Below, one piece after another: positions 39,095-52,502 of a stretch of DNA of 64,000 bases; the first letter of the stretch is position 1; every line of letters starts with the position of its first letter. Source of the DNA: Tubiluchus corallicola (Eukaryota > Animalia > Priapulida); contig JAQGDQ010000166.1 in assembly GCA_030141605.1 (NCBI GenBank), positions 313,187 through 377,186 of the forward strand, in the 5' to 3' direction. A program made the translations under genes and the position numbers. A model generated the notes under the pieces. It was not told the DNA's origin. It did not search any database and was given only the letters and a program-made list of their open reading frames with translations.

Positions 39095-39520
39095 TGTATT
39101 TACAAAAGTCAAATAGGTAATGATTAAGCAGACCTGAAGAAAAGAAATTGATACAATAACTTATGCACTAATTATGTATTTACAAAAGTCAAATTAGGTA
39201 ATGATTAAGCAGACCTGAAGAAATTGATACAGTAACTTATGCACTAACTATCTATTTACAAAAGTCAAATAGGTAATGATTAAGCAGACCTGAAGAAATC
39301 CTTCACCTTTCATTACTGGTCGGCTTATTCGCTACGTATTTGGCTTCTGTTAACTACTTAGTGCATAATAGGTTCTGCCTATATAAACTGGTTGTATGTT
39401 TTTAAGCACCAAATCAACCTCTGATGATGACAGCAGTAGCTCTGTCGAAACGTTTCGCATGATTTTAGCTTTTTAATGAGGACGTTTTAATAAAGTTGAG
39501 TTGTTTTTAACTATTATTGT
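39095..39520 (+). mobile_element. Penelope-like pseudo-LTR fragment, copy 2, with inverted 5' part
   Basis: 39095-39299 (about 3 x 78-bp units) is the reverse complement of 45348-45495; 39308-39520 is direct and carries TATATAA, hammerhead and AATAAA. Confidence 0.7.
39416..39459 (+). ncRNA. Minimal type-I hammerhead ribozyme motif
   Basis: CTGATGA-T-GACAG(cagtagct)CTGTC-GAAA-CG-TT; perfect 5-bp stem II. Confidence 0.7.
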
Positions 39521-39722
39521 TCTACTTACAGAAAGTCTAATTTTGTTTTACATCATTAGAAGATCAAAGAACAGACTACAATAGCTAAACAATTAGCGTA
39601 ATGTTAGTAGTTCGTAATTACTCTCTTTTAGATTGCCATCCTAAGTTTCTTTGAACTATTATACTAAGTATCGTCTATGCAAAACGGTTTAACACTTGAG
39701 CATTTTCTTGATCTTTATAATA

Positions 39723-40062
39723 AGCCTTTTCACAGTTACAGCGATTGATGATGATCGTGAAAAGGCCAAAGGTCAAGTGTACCAGACAACGCATTTGTGC
39801 ACACTTGAAAACACTAGTAGCCCATGCTGTTGTAATAGTAACAGTTTTAGCAGCTAGCTAGAACATTACCTATTTCATTTTTACTTCTTTCCATGCAAGA
39901 TCCTACTAGTAAATTACTCTACGCTCAGACTAATGCATAATTAAGTAAAGTCCACGTAAAACAACTGAAGTTACTAAACAGATGCTTCACGGCTTTGCTT
40001 TACCCAAATGTCACGTGGCGGTTGTAGTTAAGACGCGTTGCCGTGGAAACTGCGAAGAGGCT
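39723..40062 (+). mobile_element. Family F MITE with both termini
   Basis: TAATA-AGCCTTTTCACAGTT ... AACTGCGAAGAGGCT-TATTA. Confidence 0.85.
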
Positions 40063-40387
40063 TATTACAGACAAATAATTACACTATAATAATAACTAGA
40101 CTATTTGCAGGTAATCGATGCGCTGTAAGGTCAGTAACGTTGAACACAGGCCTACGTAAACCTAAGATTATACTGATAACACATAAATTTATAAAAGACG
40201 CGAAACGTTTATCGAAATACATTTTTTTATCTTTCAGTTTTGTAGCCGCAAATTTCTGGATTATAGATATTATTAGAAGCTTGAGAAAAAGATCACAGGG
40301 AGTTACATTATTTCGTATCCATTATTGGTAAGTACTTTATACCCATATGGATTTAGGGCTACCAAGTGCGCATGCGTGACACTCCTT

Positions 40388-40545
40388 TATATAATATAAT
40401 ATAATATAATATAATATAATATAATATAATATAATATAATATAATATAATATAATATAATATAATATAATATAATATAATATAATATAATATAATATAAT
40501 ATAATATAATATAATATAATATAATATAATATAATATATTATAAT
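40388..40545. repeat. (ATAAT)n microsatellite
   Basis: Direct reading. Confidence 0.95.
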
Positions 40546-40779
40546 AAATTACTCGTTTTTTTACTCTTCAGTTTATTCACTGTGTCTGAAGCTTTTGATA
40601 AAGAACTAGTAATTAATGATATTTCTTATTAAACACCACAGACTGGTTGCACATATCTGTTATAGGGTCATTGATTTTCCCTACAATTTTTGTATATCTC
40701 AGTTTTATGCTTTTTCCTACAATCGTGTATGTATCTATTGTATCGTATCGTATCGTATCGTATCGTATCGTATCGTAGT

Positions 40780-41050
40780 TAGTGCCACTAAACCATTTTG
40801 TTAAGTTCACTCATCATCTGTCGTAACATTTGGTGCCACTACGCCATTTTGTTAAGTTCACTCATCATCTGTAGTAACATTTGGTGCCACTACGCCATTT
40901 TGTTAACTTCATTCATCATCTGTCGCAACATTTGGTACCACTACACCATTTTGCTGACTTCAATCATTGTCTGTAGTAACATTTGGTGCTACTAAACCAT
41001 TTTGTTGACTTCACTCATCATTTGTCGTAACATTTGGTGCCACTACACCA
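40780..41050 (+). repeat. 51-bp minisatellite, about 5 copies, preceded by (TATCG)n
   Basis: Unit TGGTGCCACTACGCCATTTTGTTAAGTTCACTCATCATCTGTCGTAACATT. Confidence 0.95.
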
Positions 41051-42185
41051 CGATCACGAACACACGACAAGGACCACAATAACCTATCTTATAAACGTCA
41101 AGTCCCTTGGGGAAAAATCCTAGTCTTTATTAATATTCTTGTAGCTGCAGTAATAATGTCACTCAGCGCTGTGTACTCACTCAAGATTAACCAATACTGT
41201 GTATAATATGGCCATTATAGCCTTGTGCTTTTATAAACTACTGCATATGTTTGATCCATCTATAGTCTATGATATTGAAACGCCTCGGGTATCATTGGGA
41301 ATTGGACACGACCAGCCAACGTTTTTCATTGGTGTCTTAGAGACAGTGGCTTCGTAAAGCTAAAAGCTGTTTTGTACGAGGTTTCAGACGTAGATTTTCC
41401 TTTTGATCTCGCGTTGTACACAGAAGTTAAGAAACCGAGGATGATTTTGCTATAAATGCTTTCAAGGAGTGATAAAACAGAGAACAGTCATTTGGGAGTT
41501 GAACAAACAGTTTTAAGACGAGGTAACTTTCATAGCTGAAAATTGAAGCTTGCCTTTAAAAGACGAGATTGTTTATGTACTGTATAATTTCATTCTGCTA
41601 TGCGTGCTGTAGAAAATAGTAAAGGAACAATACTTCTCCACACGGTTACATGCTTCAAATCTACAGAATTTCAAACAAATATGGGCTAATTTTATAGAGA
41701 ACTTTGCTGTCACTTGTAGTTCAATGAAATCTAGAAAAATTTTTATTCGTACGTTTGATGAAACTACATCTATGACCTATGCTCACATAAGAATATAACT
41801 ATATGTTTCAGTTTAATGAGTTCCTGTTTCATCGGTGTCCCTTTCAAACTTTATTTCTCCACGACCATTTTAGTCAGTTAAATTGTGATTTGGTTTTAGA
41901 AAGTCTGCTAAGTTTCTGATGGTCTACTTGTCTCCCCAAATTGTAGTTGCGGTGAATATTTTGAAAACGTTTTTTCCTAGAATGCCTTCATTATAATCAA
42001 GCCAGAGATGCTATGTTCAGTCAATTAATTAACATACTATTGCCTTTAAATATCAATATTTTATAATATAGTAATAGTAAACAGTTGTCATTGTATCTTT
42101 GTGGAAGTGATGATTTTAATATTGCTGTTAACAGTAAAATTTTTGATTGCGTCCAAAATTACATTAGGAGAACTAAACGTTTTAA

Positions 42186-42601
42186 CCCTTTCATTCCCGT
42201 TGTATCCCGTGGGATACGAGAATATTTTCTGCCTTTAAAATTAACAAAATTTTAAACGGATAGTTATTTGATCTGTTAATAGTTATTTTGATTTAAGCCA
42301 ATAACAATAGACTAAAAATGGTGATAAAATGGCAAACAAGAAAATCTACATAACATAAAAAACTGCGCAAGGTACAGTACTTTAGAGGTGACTTTGTACA
42401 GATCAGCATAGCATGCATACTAAATGTCTTAAATACTTTAAAACATTATCAGCAGTTGCAAAATGAAGCACATTTTATGCTTCCATTGAATCCCATTGAA
42501 AAAAATTATTATTATATGTAAACAAGATGGACATACTGAACAAAAGTACCAAGCCGAAAAATATTATTTTCTTATTAAAAAATAATTTGGGACTGAAAGG
42601 G
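42186..42601 (+). mobile_element. piggyBac MITE, full length
   Basis: TTAA-CCCTTTCATTCCC ... GGGACTGAAAGGG-TTAA. Confidence 0.9.
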
Positions 42602-43449
42602 TTAATGTGAACAGACCTTAGGCGCCCTTTTATGTATTTTTGGTAAATTTTAAGACAGTTATTGCGTTTATTTAAATTTTATATTATTCATTGTGTTACT
42701 AACTTTATACCTATATGTCTTTGTTTATAAATATTTGTATGTGTCTATATCTATTTGAGTTTATTTGTATTAATATTACTTTAATTCTCTCTGCACGTCT
42801 GCTTGTACACATTATTGAATGTATAGTGATAGTGACGATTCATGTATCAGCTTTAAAAACTGTCTAATCTGAAACAAATAAACTATATCTAAACTAAATA
42901 TTAACGAAAAATAAAATAGATTGCTTTAAAATAACCACAATGCGATACATTGTTTCGCAAATGTTGTTCAGTTGATAAAAATCCTATTTTAGATTTTTTT
43001 ATAAAACCAAATAAACTACGTTTAAACTAACCAACTGAGTTTATTTCACCGAAGCCACTGAGAATGAAACGACAACACCAAACTCTCCTGGGCTTATTTT
43101 TAATCTGCAAAATGTCATTTTAATAAATTTATGTGTGCAGAACGAGTTTATACACACACGCAGCTCGCAGGAGATAAAACATGGCATTAAAACAAGGGCT
43201 GGGCGTTTGAAAAAGATTAGTCTCTGGGCAGCAATATTGCTATCAGCAGAGAGAGTTTAACAGATTTATTAGACGAAAAAGGATTATTTGGCAGTTTAGA
43301 GAAACGTGTTTTACGTTCAAACGTTCTAATTTAATCATAGGAAAGTTGAATTCTTTACGGTTTGACGTAGTTCAACGTTCGAGAACATTGCATACAGCTA
43401 GCTGATTCCTGTTAAAGGGAAAAAAACTGAATTTTAATGCACGCCCCAA

Positions 43450-43894
43450 AGCAATTTCTTACCAAAATATGTTAGCATTACGCTTGCTTAATTGAAAGAT
43501 TTATGTAACTAGAAAAAAGTCTTTAATAAAATGTAAGCACCAACTGGTAAAACGTATCTGTTTCACCATCCCAGTGTGCACAAAAAACGTCACTGGTTCA
43601 CCAAAAAGCACGCATTATTCTTTTTGACAAGTAATTCATACTTCTGCTTAGCTAGCGAAGAATGTGCTACGAATGCTGTAATTGTTTTTAAAAGTTCACA
43701 TACTGTTATCTAAACTTGCTTCAAACTAGTTGCTATTAAAATAGCTGCGCCTAATGGTGGGAGTTTAAATTTGCAAGTGCTACACAGCGTTACTGCTAAT
43801 ATGAGCTCTGTGTGCAATAAGACATCACGTAAGTGATGCAAATTTTCAAGACGAATTTTTTCAGCTTCATTCGTGAAGAGTGTTTACTTGTCCT
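43450..43894 (+). mobile_element. Family A MITE, diverged 3' part
   Basis: Ends TTTACTTGTCCT-TTAA; internal homology to 20190-20598. Confidence 0.75.
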
Positions 43895-43929
43895 TTAATC
43901 ATCAAGGATAGTTCCCTAAAATGAATCAC

Positions 43930-44045
43930 CATCCCAAAATGCCGAGACACCCCCGCTCCCCGCTCAATGAAAACATATTGGAGTGACATTGGAGACGTTT
44001 AAAAAATCAGAAATGAAAGTGTAGAGTGGCTTTTGATACACCCTG
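43930..44045 (+). mobile_element. Tc1/mariner remnant (transposase motif plus right TIR)
   Basis: HPRSPLNENI resembles the PP.SPDLNPIEN.W motif; ends TTTTGATACACCCTG-TA. Confidence 0.45.
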
Positions 44046-44614
44046 TATTTCAAATTCACTTTTAAAACTATGCGTTACTTAGCAACGAATGAATAATATG
44101 AACTTGCAAAAACTTACTAGGGAATTAATTATTCATTAAAGACGCTTTATATTCATCATCCTGACGAGGCAAACGATACCCACTTACACTTAAATGTGTC
44201 ATTAGATCTTGGTGAAATGATTTGAGATGATTCCTTCCGATTTGCAGCTGTTTTTCAATTAGAAACAGAGTCATTCAACTAACACAATATCATGTTTTCC
44301 TGAAAAGCATGGCACCATTAATGAGTGCTGCATTGCACAGGTATTTAGTAACGGTGCCTAATTGTATACTCATGTTGCCTAGGCACAAATTAATAGGGCG
44401 TAATTGTAGATTAATGGTCGATGAAAAGAATTCACATTAATAATAATGGTAATAATAATGTGTTGCTCGCTGGGATGGGAAAACAGTGTGGTAGAAGACA
44501 GAGAATCGAATTAAATTCGTTTTTTTACTAGATTATAAAATCAGTGCAAGTCACGGCCAGTTCTTTGATAAAATTGCTTCATTTTTAAATAAATAATTTG
44601 ATTCAATATGTATA

Positions 44615-44915
44615 AGCCTGTTCACAGTTCCAGCGACTGATGATGATGATCGTGAAAAGGTCAGAGGTTAAGTGTACCAGGCAACGCATTTGTGTACACT
44701 TGACAACGCCTCGCAGCCCATGCTATTGTAATAGTAACAGTTTTAGCAGCTAGCTAGAACCTTACCTAGTTTATTTTTTCTTTTTCTAAGCAAGATCCGG
44801 CTAATAAATCACTCAACGCTCAGACTAATGTATAATTAAGTAAAGTTCACGCAGAACAACTGAAGTTACTGAACTGATGCGACAGACGGATTTGCTTTAC
44901 ACACATGCAGTTAAG
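44615..44915 (+). mobile_element. Family F MITE, partial
   Basis: Homologous to 33228-33530. Confidence 0.8.
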
Positions 44916-45040
44916 ACCCTAACTTTAACCCCAACCCTAACCTTAACCAAACCTAGCCTTAACCCTAACCCTAATCCTAACCTTAACTCTACTCTGCTTC
45001 GCGAACTAATTTCTTGTGTGTGGGGAATTGTAAACCCTAG
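44916..45040 (-). repeat. (CCCTAA)n-containing repeat related to 26578-26910
   Basis: CTGCTTCGCGAACTAATTTCTTG is the reverse complement of 26752-26775. Confidence 0.7.
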
Positions 45041-45347
45041 CCTAATAAATAAATAAGAATGTGTGCAATTGAAGTACTGAATTATTCAAATCTACAATTT
45101 CAAATTCGAACGTTCTAGTACTACTACTACTTTTATGTAGACGTGCACCCCTTTAAAAGCCCCCTTTTGAATAAACAAAGAACAAAGAGAAACTATGATG
45201 CACAATTTAATTTGTTTTTTTCCTAATTGTCACGGTGTATTGCACTCTAATTGTAACGAAGATCGAGTAGTTTTTGATTTCTAGGTAAAAGCCAAAACTT
45301 GAATAACTAATCATCAAACTCAGCAACATCATAATAATTACTCAATT

Positions 45348-45670
45348 GGCTTTTGTAAATACATAATTGTGCTTAAGTTACTATATGAATTTCTTTACTG
45401 GTCTGTTTCATCATTACCTATTTGCTTTTGTAAATACATAATTAGTGTTTAAGTTACTGTATTAATTTCTTTACTGGTCTGCTTATTCATTACCTGTTTA
45501 GCTTCTGTTAACTACTTAATTAGTGCATAATAGGCTCTGCCTATATAAACTGGTTGTATGTTTGTAAATTTGGCACTGATGATGACAACAATGGTCTGTC
45601 GAAACTTTTGGCATTATTTTAACTTTTTAATGTAAAAGTTTTAATAAAGTTGAGTTGTTTTTAACTATAA
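45348..45670 (+). mobile_element. Penelope-like pseudo-LTR fragment, copy 3
   Basis: About 2 x 78-bp units, then TATATAA, hammerhead and AATAAA. Confidence 0.7.
45571..45613 (+). ncRNA. Minimal type-I hammerhead ribozyme motif (stem III mutated)
   Basis: TGGCA-CTGATGA-T-GACA...TGTC-GAAA-CT-TT-TGGCA. Confidence 0.6.
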
Positions 45671-46559
45671 ATGTTTTTGTTTAAAATGACAGCATTTCAT
45701 CTTCAGTTGTCATTTCAAAACGTCTTCAGGCAAATTAGCATAATTTAATCTGAGCAAAATGCCATGATTTATTGATAATTTAAACCAATAGTACAATTAT
45801 TATAAATTCAAACTCCCCTTGTAACCGTTAGGGGCAGCCATCTGAACGTATGTCATCTGAAACAAGTTTAGATTTTTGAAAAAAATCAAGCCATATAAAG
45901 TAAAAGTTGTGTTGTTTTTAACTATAGATACAATCCGTTTCATATATTATAGAAGTGTGTGGGCACAAGCTATTAATTTTACTGAAAAATACAGACCCGT
46001 TATATGCAAACTACATTTATCGCGCGAGACTTAGGTTGCTACATTAATACAATTAGTAGCTAATAAGGCTCTTGTACACATGGCTGCCGTGCTTATGTTT
46101 GCTGAGTCTATATAAAGCTTATTAATGTAAAAATTCTCTCGGAGAATCTACAATTACAGTTCGGTGTGTTCATTATTTACATGGGATTTTCGTCTATTTT
46201 CACTAAACGATAAGAAATGCAGGCGGCTGTTACTTCCTTTCTGGGGAAAATAATTGATTTGCTCACCGAGAGAAGAGCTGTCAAAGTGGGAGGTTTTCAA
46301 AAAGGCGCCAGCGAGACGGCAGGTACGTCTCGAGGAAAGCGAGAACTGTAGAGGATTGCTGAGACAGTTCACTAACTGACAAGCTTCCATTGTAACGCGT
46401 GCTTTCCCAACAAGTTTTGTTTGTCAATCATCATTGCCGCCAAAACCTTCAATAACAGTACAGCATAGAATTGCAATAAAAAATTAAAAAGAATGAGCAA
46501 TTACATCATACAATGACAACCACTATTACACTGTTGCAAGATATATGAACCAAATAAAT

Positions 46560-47229
46560 AAAAATTAAAATGAGTCAACACTTAAGTTTGGAAATTAAAT
46601 AAGCCATATGAGATAAAACTGTTCTTGAATCTCTCTGTTCTGAATCTAGGTAAGGGAGTATTTCAAATAGCGAGCACTATATCTATGGGTACGGCCATCT
46701 GGCAATAGAGTGTGGATTTTATTATTAGGATTTTGAATTGATGAGAACGACGTTTTTCATGAATTTTTGCGACGGTTAAATAAAGGATGAAGATTAACCA
46801 AAATTGGGGCATTTGCAGAATTTTCATTTGGAAAATTTATTTTCAATGAGCGATTTTGAACTGTTTCTAACAAATCAGAGAGATTTTGGGAGAGAGATGA
46901 GAGCCATACCAGACAAGCGTATTCAACAACTGGCCTAATCACGGTGCAGGACATTTTTATCATATAATTAGAAGATGACTCAACTCTAGACGCAAAAGAT
47001 AAATTGTTCTACTCGCTTTAGTGTAAACTGAATGGAAAAGGATGTTCCACGCTAAATCCTTAGCTATTTGCACGGCTAAAAGCTTAACCAAAACTCTTTT
47101 TATCTTCAAATTAGAGACAATATATTAAGAGGAACATGAGGAGGCTTAGCCATGAAAGTGGCAATCATTTCACAGAATTTTAACGTATTGAAATTTAGGT
47201 TATTCGCGTTTGCCCATTGTTTTAGTGTT
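46560..47229 (-). pseudogene. CR1-group LINE ORF2 3' remnant
   Basis: QWANANNLNFN..K, IRPVVEYACLVW, LETVQNRSLK and LPRFRTERFKNSFISYG motifs; abuts a family A insertion. Confidence 0.85.
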
Positions 47230-47233
47230 TTAA

Positions 47234-47534
47234 AGCACAAGAAAACCCCTCACTTACATAAAGCTTAACAAATTCGTCTTGAAATTTTATACCACTTACG
47301 TAATGCCTTTTCGCATGCGGGGCTTGTGTCTCCTTTTCGTCCCCTGATGTGCATTTGCGCAGGTGACGTCATGTAATGGCGCCGTCGAAACAGTATTGCG
47401 GGAAATTTAAAATGAAAACAAACAAAAAATTCGTTCAACGCGAATACGATATACGCATGAAATTGCGGTAAAGTAATATAATTTTTTAAGGTGATTTTTC
47501 TGAAATCTACTTCAGGTGCCCCCTTTCTTGTCTT
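47234..47534 (-). mobile_element. Family A MITE, internally deleted (~300 bp), both ends intact
   Basis: TTAA-AGCACAAGAAAAC ... TTTCTTGTCTT-TTAA. Confidence 0.85.
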
Positions 47535-47599
47535 TTAACACTTAGATGTATTCTATTATATTTGTGTTATAGTTTGTATGGAAGGAAAGGGAATTTTAA

Positions 47600-47770
47600 A
47601 ACAATAAAGCAACAAGTAAAACAATATGCATGATTTTTGCGAGACCTCTTTTTATTAGTGATTCGAAAATTTACTCGAAAATCTTTAAAACTGTATTCGA
47701 ATTCGATTCGGAATTGAAAATGCTGAAATTCGGTTGTTTCGAAATCGCTTTCTGATAGAGAATGCTCACT
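47600..47770 (+). mobile_element. Family E MITE, 3' fragment
   Basis: TTATTAGTGATTCGAAAATTT...TAGAGAATGCTCAC. Confidence 0.75.
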
Positions 47771-47774
47771 GACA

Positions 47775-48190
47775 AGCCTTATCCCCAGTTTCGTTGTACG
47801 CACGCACAATTACCATAGGTCAAAGGTTGAGTGTACCACAGCAACGTGTCTTAACTAAAACCTTATGAATGTATGTAAAACAAACCCGTCTGCAGCATCA
47901 GTTCAGTAACGTCAAGTCCCTTGGGAAAAATCCTAGTCTTTATTAATATTCTTGTAGCCGCAGTTGTTAACTTTACTTAATTATGCATTAGTTTGTGCGT
48001 AGAGTGATTTACTAGCAGGATCTTGCTTGGGAACAAGTAAAAATGAACTAGGTAAGGTTCTATCTAGCTGTTAAAACTGTTACTATTACAATAGCGAGGC
48101 GTTATCAAGTGTACACAAATGCGTTGTCTGGTACACTTAACCTTTGACCTTTTCACGATCATTATCAATCAGTGGAACTGTGAAAAGGCT
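47775..48190 (-). mobile_element. Family F MITE, full length, with ~50-bp insertion
   Basis: Both TIRs present; extra segment at 47911-47960. Confidence 0.85.
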
Positions 48191-48635
48191 TCTTGTAAGC
48201 TGCAGTTACACGTGCAGGAAAAATACAGCTGATGCGTTCCGATTCGATTCGCAAAAGCTGTCATTAGACCAAATGAGCGTCCGCAATTGTGAAATATTAA
48301 ACGCGGTGTTTCACAGAAAATGTTCAATTCTCTTACTCCTTGATAAGCGCACGCTTCGTTTTGTCCGCCTCGTTTCGAGTATTACAATTTCCGCGGTAAT
48401 TTCTGCCGGTAAATGGCCAATTTATTATAAAGTGGTTTCGACTTCTCTGGCATTTGAAAGCTTTGATTTTCTCTCTCCCAGGCTTGTCTCTTGCACATGG
48501 CTAATGTAACCACTCAGACAGGTAAACCCTATTGATGTTTAGCTACTGTATTCATTAACAAAATTGAGCTGAAAAAAGCGTGGACGCCCATCTACGATTT
48601 AATAAGATACCCAAAGGCAGGGCTGAATTGTCCTA

Positions 48636-48779
<144 letters not shown>

Positions 48780-48854
48780 ATCTCGTTTATTTTCAAAATG
48801 AAATAATACATAATCCTCCATTTGCAAGGTAAGAGTGCACTAATACATACATGT

Positions 48855-49167
48855 ATGATGATGATGGTGATGGTGATGGTGATGGTGATGGTGATGGTGA
48901 TGGTGATGGTGATGGTGATGATGATAATCTTTATTTCAAGTTTGCTTTTTGGGTGAACAACTAACATAGAGCTTTTGGGCCGACTGTAAATAACAAACTA
49001 CAACTACATAACAGAGACACTTATTACCCCACTTTTACCCTAAATACTATGCGCCAGGCAGGACAACACCATTTTTAAAGTCTTTGGTAAGAGCTGACCG
49101 CTGTATCGAACTCACGACCGAAAGAAGACGTGTTGCCAGAAGGCTAAACCACTACCATATTGAAGCT
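48855..49167 (-). mobile_element. tRNA-derived SINE, copy 1, with (ATC/ACC)n tail
   Basis: Reverse complement of 57635-57857; B box GTGAGTTCGATAC; TACCAAAGACTTTAAAAATGGT core. Confidence 0.8.
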
Positions 49168-49201
49168 CAATATACATGTAAATCCACACGCATATATATA
49201 T

Positions 49202-49234
<33 letters not shown>

Positions 49235-49377
49235 TATGTATAATTAAATAATAGACTAAAAACTTAATTAACGGTGGGGGAGCCCAACTATTGATGACAT
49301 CACAAACTAACATAATTTTCAACAACAAAAATATTCCATGACCGTGTTGCACGTGTTTGCAAAAGAGGAAAATTGAA

Positions 49378-49767
49378 ATACAGTGCTACTGTAAGACATT
49401 CAGTGTGTTGTACTAAAACTACACATGCTTTGAGATAAAAATTCGCATTTCAAATTTTCCGCTGCACTCACGCATGAGCTGTCGAACGTGTGTAGTTCGT
49501 CACAAACTAACACATCTGAACAGAGAGGTACAGCACGTACTTTTGTACAATGCGTTTGCGAAATGCAGGCGTTAGTTCCCGTCTAACTAGTGAATGGCGA
49601 AATGCATGTAACAGCAAAGAAGAACTAGTGGCGCGAATGTGAAATTGTGTTTGTGAGGTAAAAATTTTTTCACGTAAGTCATTTTTGAAAAAATAGTACG
49701 TTTCCTTTCAATATTTTAAAGAAAAGATTGTTTTGACCTTCAGTTTAAGATTGGGTCCGGTTTTGCT
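49378..49767 (+). mobile_element. Family G MITE, 3' part
   Basis: Near-identical to 33568-33932; ends CCGGTTTTGCT-TTAG. Confidence 0.8.
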
Positions 49768-51119
49768 TTAGTATTACCATCAAAGTGACCTAGAGTAACG
49801 TGAACAGATAAAACTGGTTATTTGCTTAACGCGCGGCACAAGCTTCCAGTAAAACAATATGAAATCGATTCAGGCAGGTAAGTATACCCGCAGAACGCCT
49901 GCAAAAAGAGACGAAATGCTTCGTACTAGAAAACGCGCGTATTTGTTTTAGAAACTAATTCTGCCATCTCATCTTCCTCACACGCAAACTCACTCGCTAA
50001 ATTGACATTGCCGTTTTTGTAAATGTAAACCTAGAATATATGCACGTCAATAATGAGACGGGAAGGGTTGTCCTTTCACGTTCGTGTTTCACAACCCTGA
50101 AATCCGCTTGACTCGTTATTCAAGATCATTTTAGAAGCGTCTGAGCTTCGTCAAATTGATTAATGCCTATGAAACTAACGGCGCGTTCACACTAGCGAAT
50201 ATTCTCGCCAAGTAAACCCTTCAAATAACTCGCCAAGTAACTCGCAAGCGTGTTCAGACTAGAGAGCAAAAGTTTACGCGAGTTCCTCTCTGACAGTCAG
50301 TGCGAGCTGACTCTCACGTCCCTATTCACAAATCGTTTATGTATAAAGAAAATCACAAAGGTGGCAGGACGCCACCTTGTCGAACACCGTTACTAATGCT
50401 AAAAAATCAGAAACAGTCCTTCCCCAACGCCAATACGCTGAGTAGAGTACCAGAATTTCAGCAAATTAATGATTAATATAAATACTACTTTATAAGAGCA
50501 GTATATTATACAGTACTGCTTACATGTAATAAGAGCAGTATAAGATTTATACTGCTCACACAATCCCTGCATGCAATAAGATAGCATGTAATTTTAAACT
50601 TTTTTTTATGAAAAGTGTTTTCTTATCCTTTAAGTATAACGTTATAACAGTATCCTGCTTCAGTTTGAACTTGCACGCATGTTTCTCTGTTATATTGATG
50701 CTCCCCGTTCTGGCTTCAATTGGCGGCAATAAATTTCAAATCCGACGTGGAAATTGCGCGGCTAAAACTTTGCAAAAATCAGCAGCAGATGCAGATGACA
50801 TTTCGTCTGTGACGCCAGCAAACGAGTTTAAGGCTCTTAAGTGGTGTTTTCACGTTTAAGCAAGTTATTTTCAGTTGGTCTCTCAAAGCAAATGGAGGCT
50901 GAACGAAATTAAATCTACATTCCAGCACGTGAAAAAGCCCAGAAGTCAATAAGTCGGATCCGCCTGATACAAAGAATTTATGTAAATTAAATGAATCTTA
51001 GTAGGAAGGCTGATCCGCGCTTCAATCCCAGTTCCTCTTTATTATTATTTTTTTTTGTTCTCACTTGAAACACCATATACTTTTAGTGTACCATAATATA
51101 TATATACATTTAGGCATCA

Positions 51120-51665
<546 letters not shown>

Positions 51666-52291
51666 GCTGCAGTTAAGACGAGTTGCTGTGTGTTTGAACC
51701 AAAGCAACTGCGCGTGCGCACAACAAAACTGTGAAAACAGCTTGTTCTTAATGTTGAAATAAATTGTGAATGGAATTGAATTGAACTGAAAATTCGCCTG
51801 ATGGTAAAAGCAACTAATTTCTAAATTTTTCTATAAATATCCATGACAAGTAGAGAATGAAAGGAAGTATATTGGTTTCATCAGTTTAGTACCATTTTGG
51901 CTTCAGATTTTTCAACAGACAAGTTCGTGCAAGAATAAAATTCAACGATGCTGCCCGTTCGGTTTTCGACAGTCGAATAAAAAATCACAAAAAAGATTTC
52001 TCTGCGTATCGTAGTCTCATTTTGTGCTCGCATGCAGCTAAATAAATTAGCTTCGTCAAATACTTCAGTAGTTCTGCCGCAGGTCAAGTAAGAAAATTGT
52101 GTTTTACGAGGAAATTTCTGTTGACTGCGCCTTTATTGCATTAGTGATTGCATGCTTCACAAGCGAGCAGTTTTTGATTCTGCTTTCTTGCTTGAGAGGC
52201 AATGGCGCTTGTTACAGAAACTTAATTTCCCCTTCGATATAATAAAATGCTGTATATTGGAGTCTAAAATAAATGCCGCTGCTGCAATTAT

Positions 52292-52502
52292 ATTTTCTTT
52301 AAACGACATACGCGTGGGTGAAAGAACAGATGGACACACAATCAGACAGACGAACTGATGCAAATGTTTAATGAAACAGACTGGCAAACAGACTTTCAGA
52401 CTTTGAGATTTTCTTTAAACGACATACGCGTGGATGGAAGAACAGATAGACAGACATTCAGACAGACGAACTGATGCAAATGTTTAACGGAACAGATTGA
52501 CA
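52292..52502 (+). repeat. ~116-bp-period tandem duplication
   Basis: ATTTTCTTTAAACGACATACGCGTGG... at 52292 and 52408. Confidence 0.9.
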
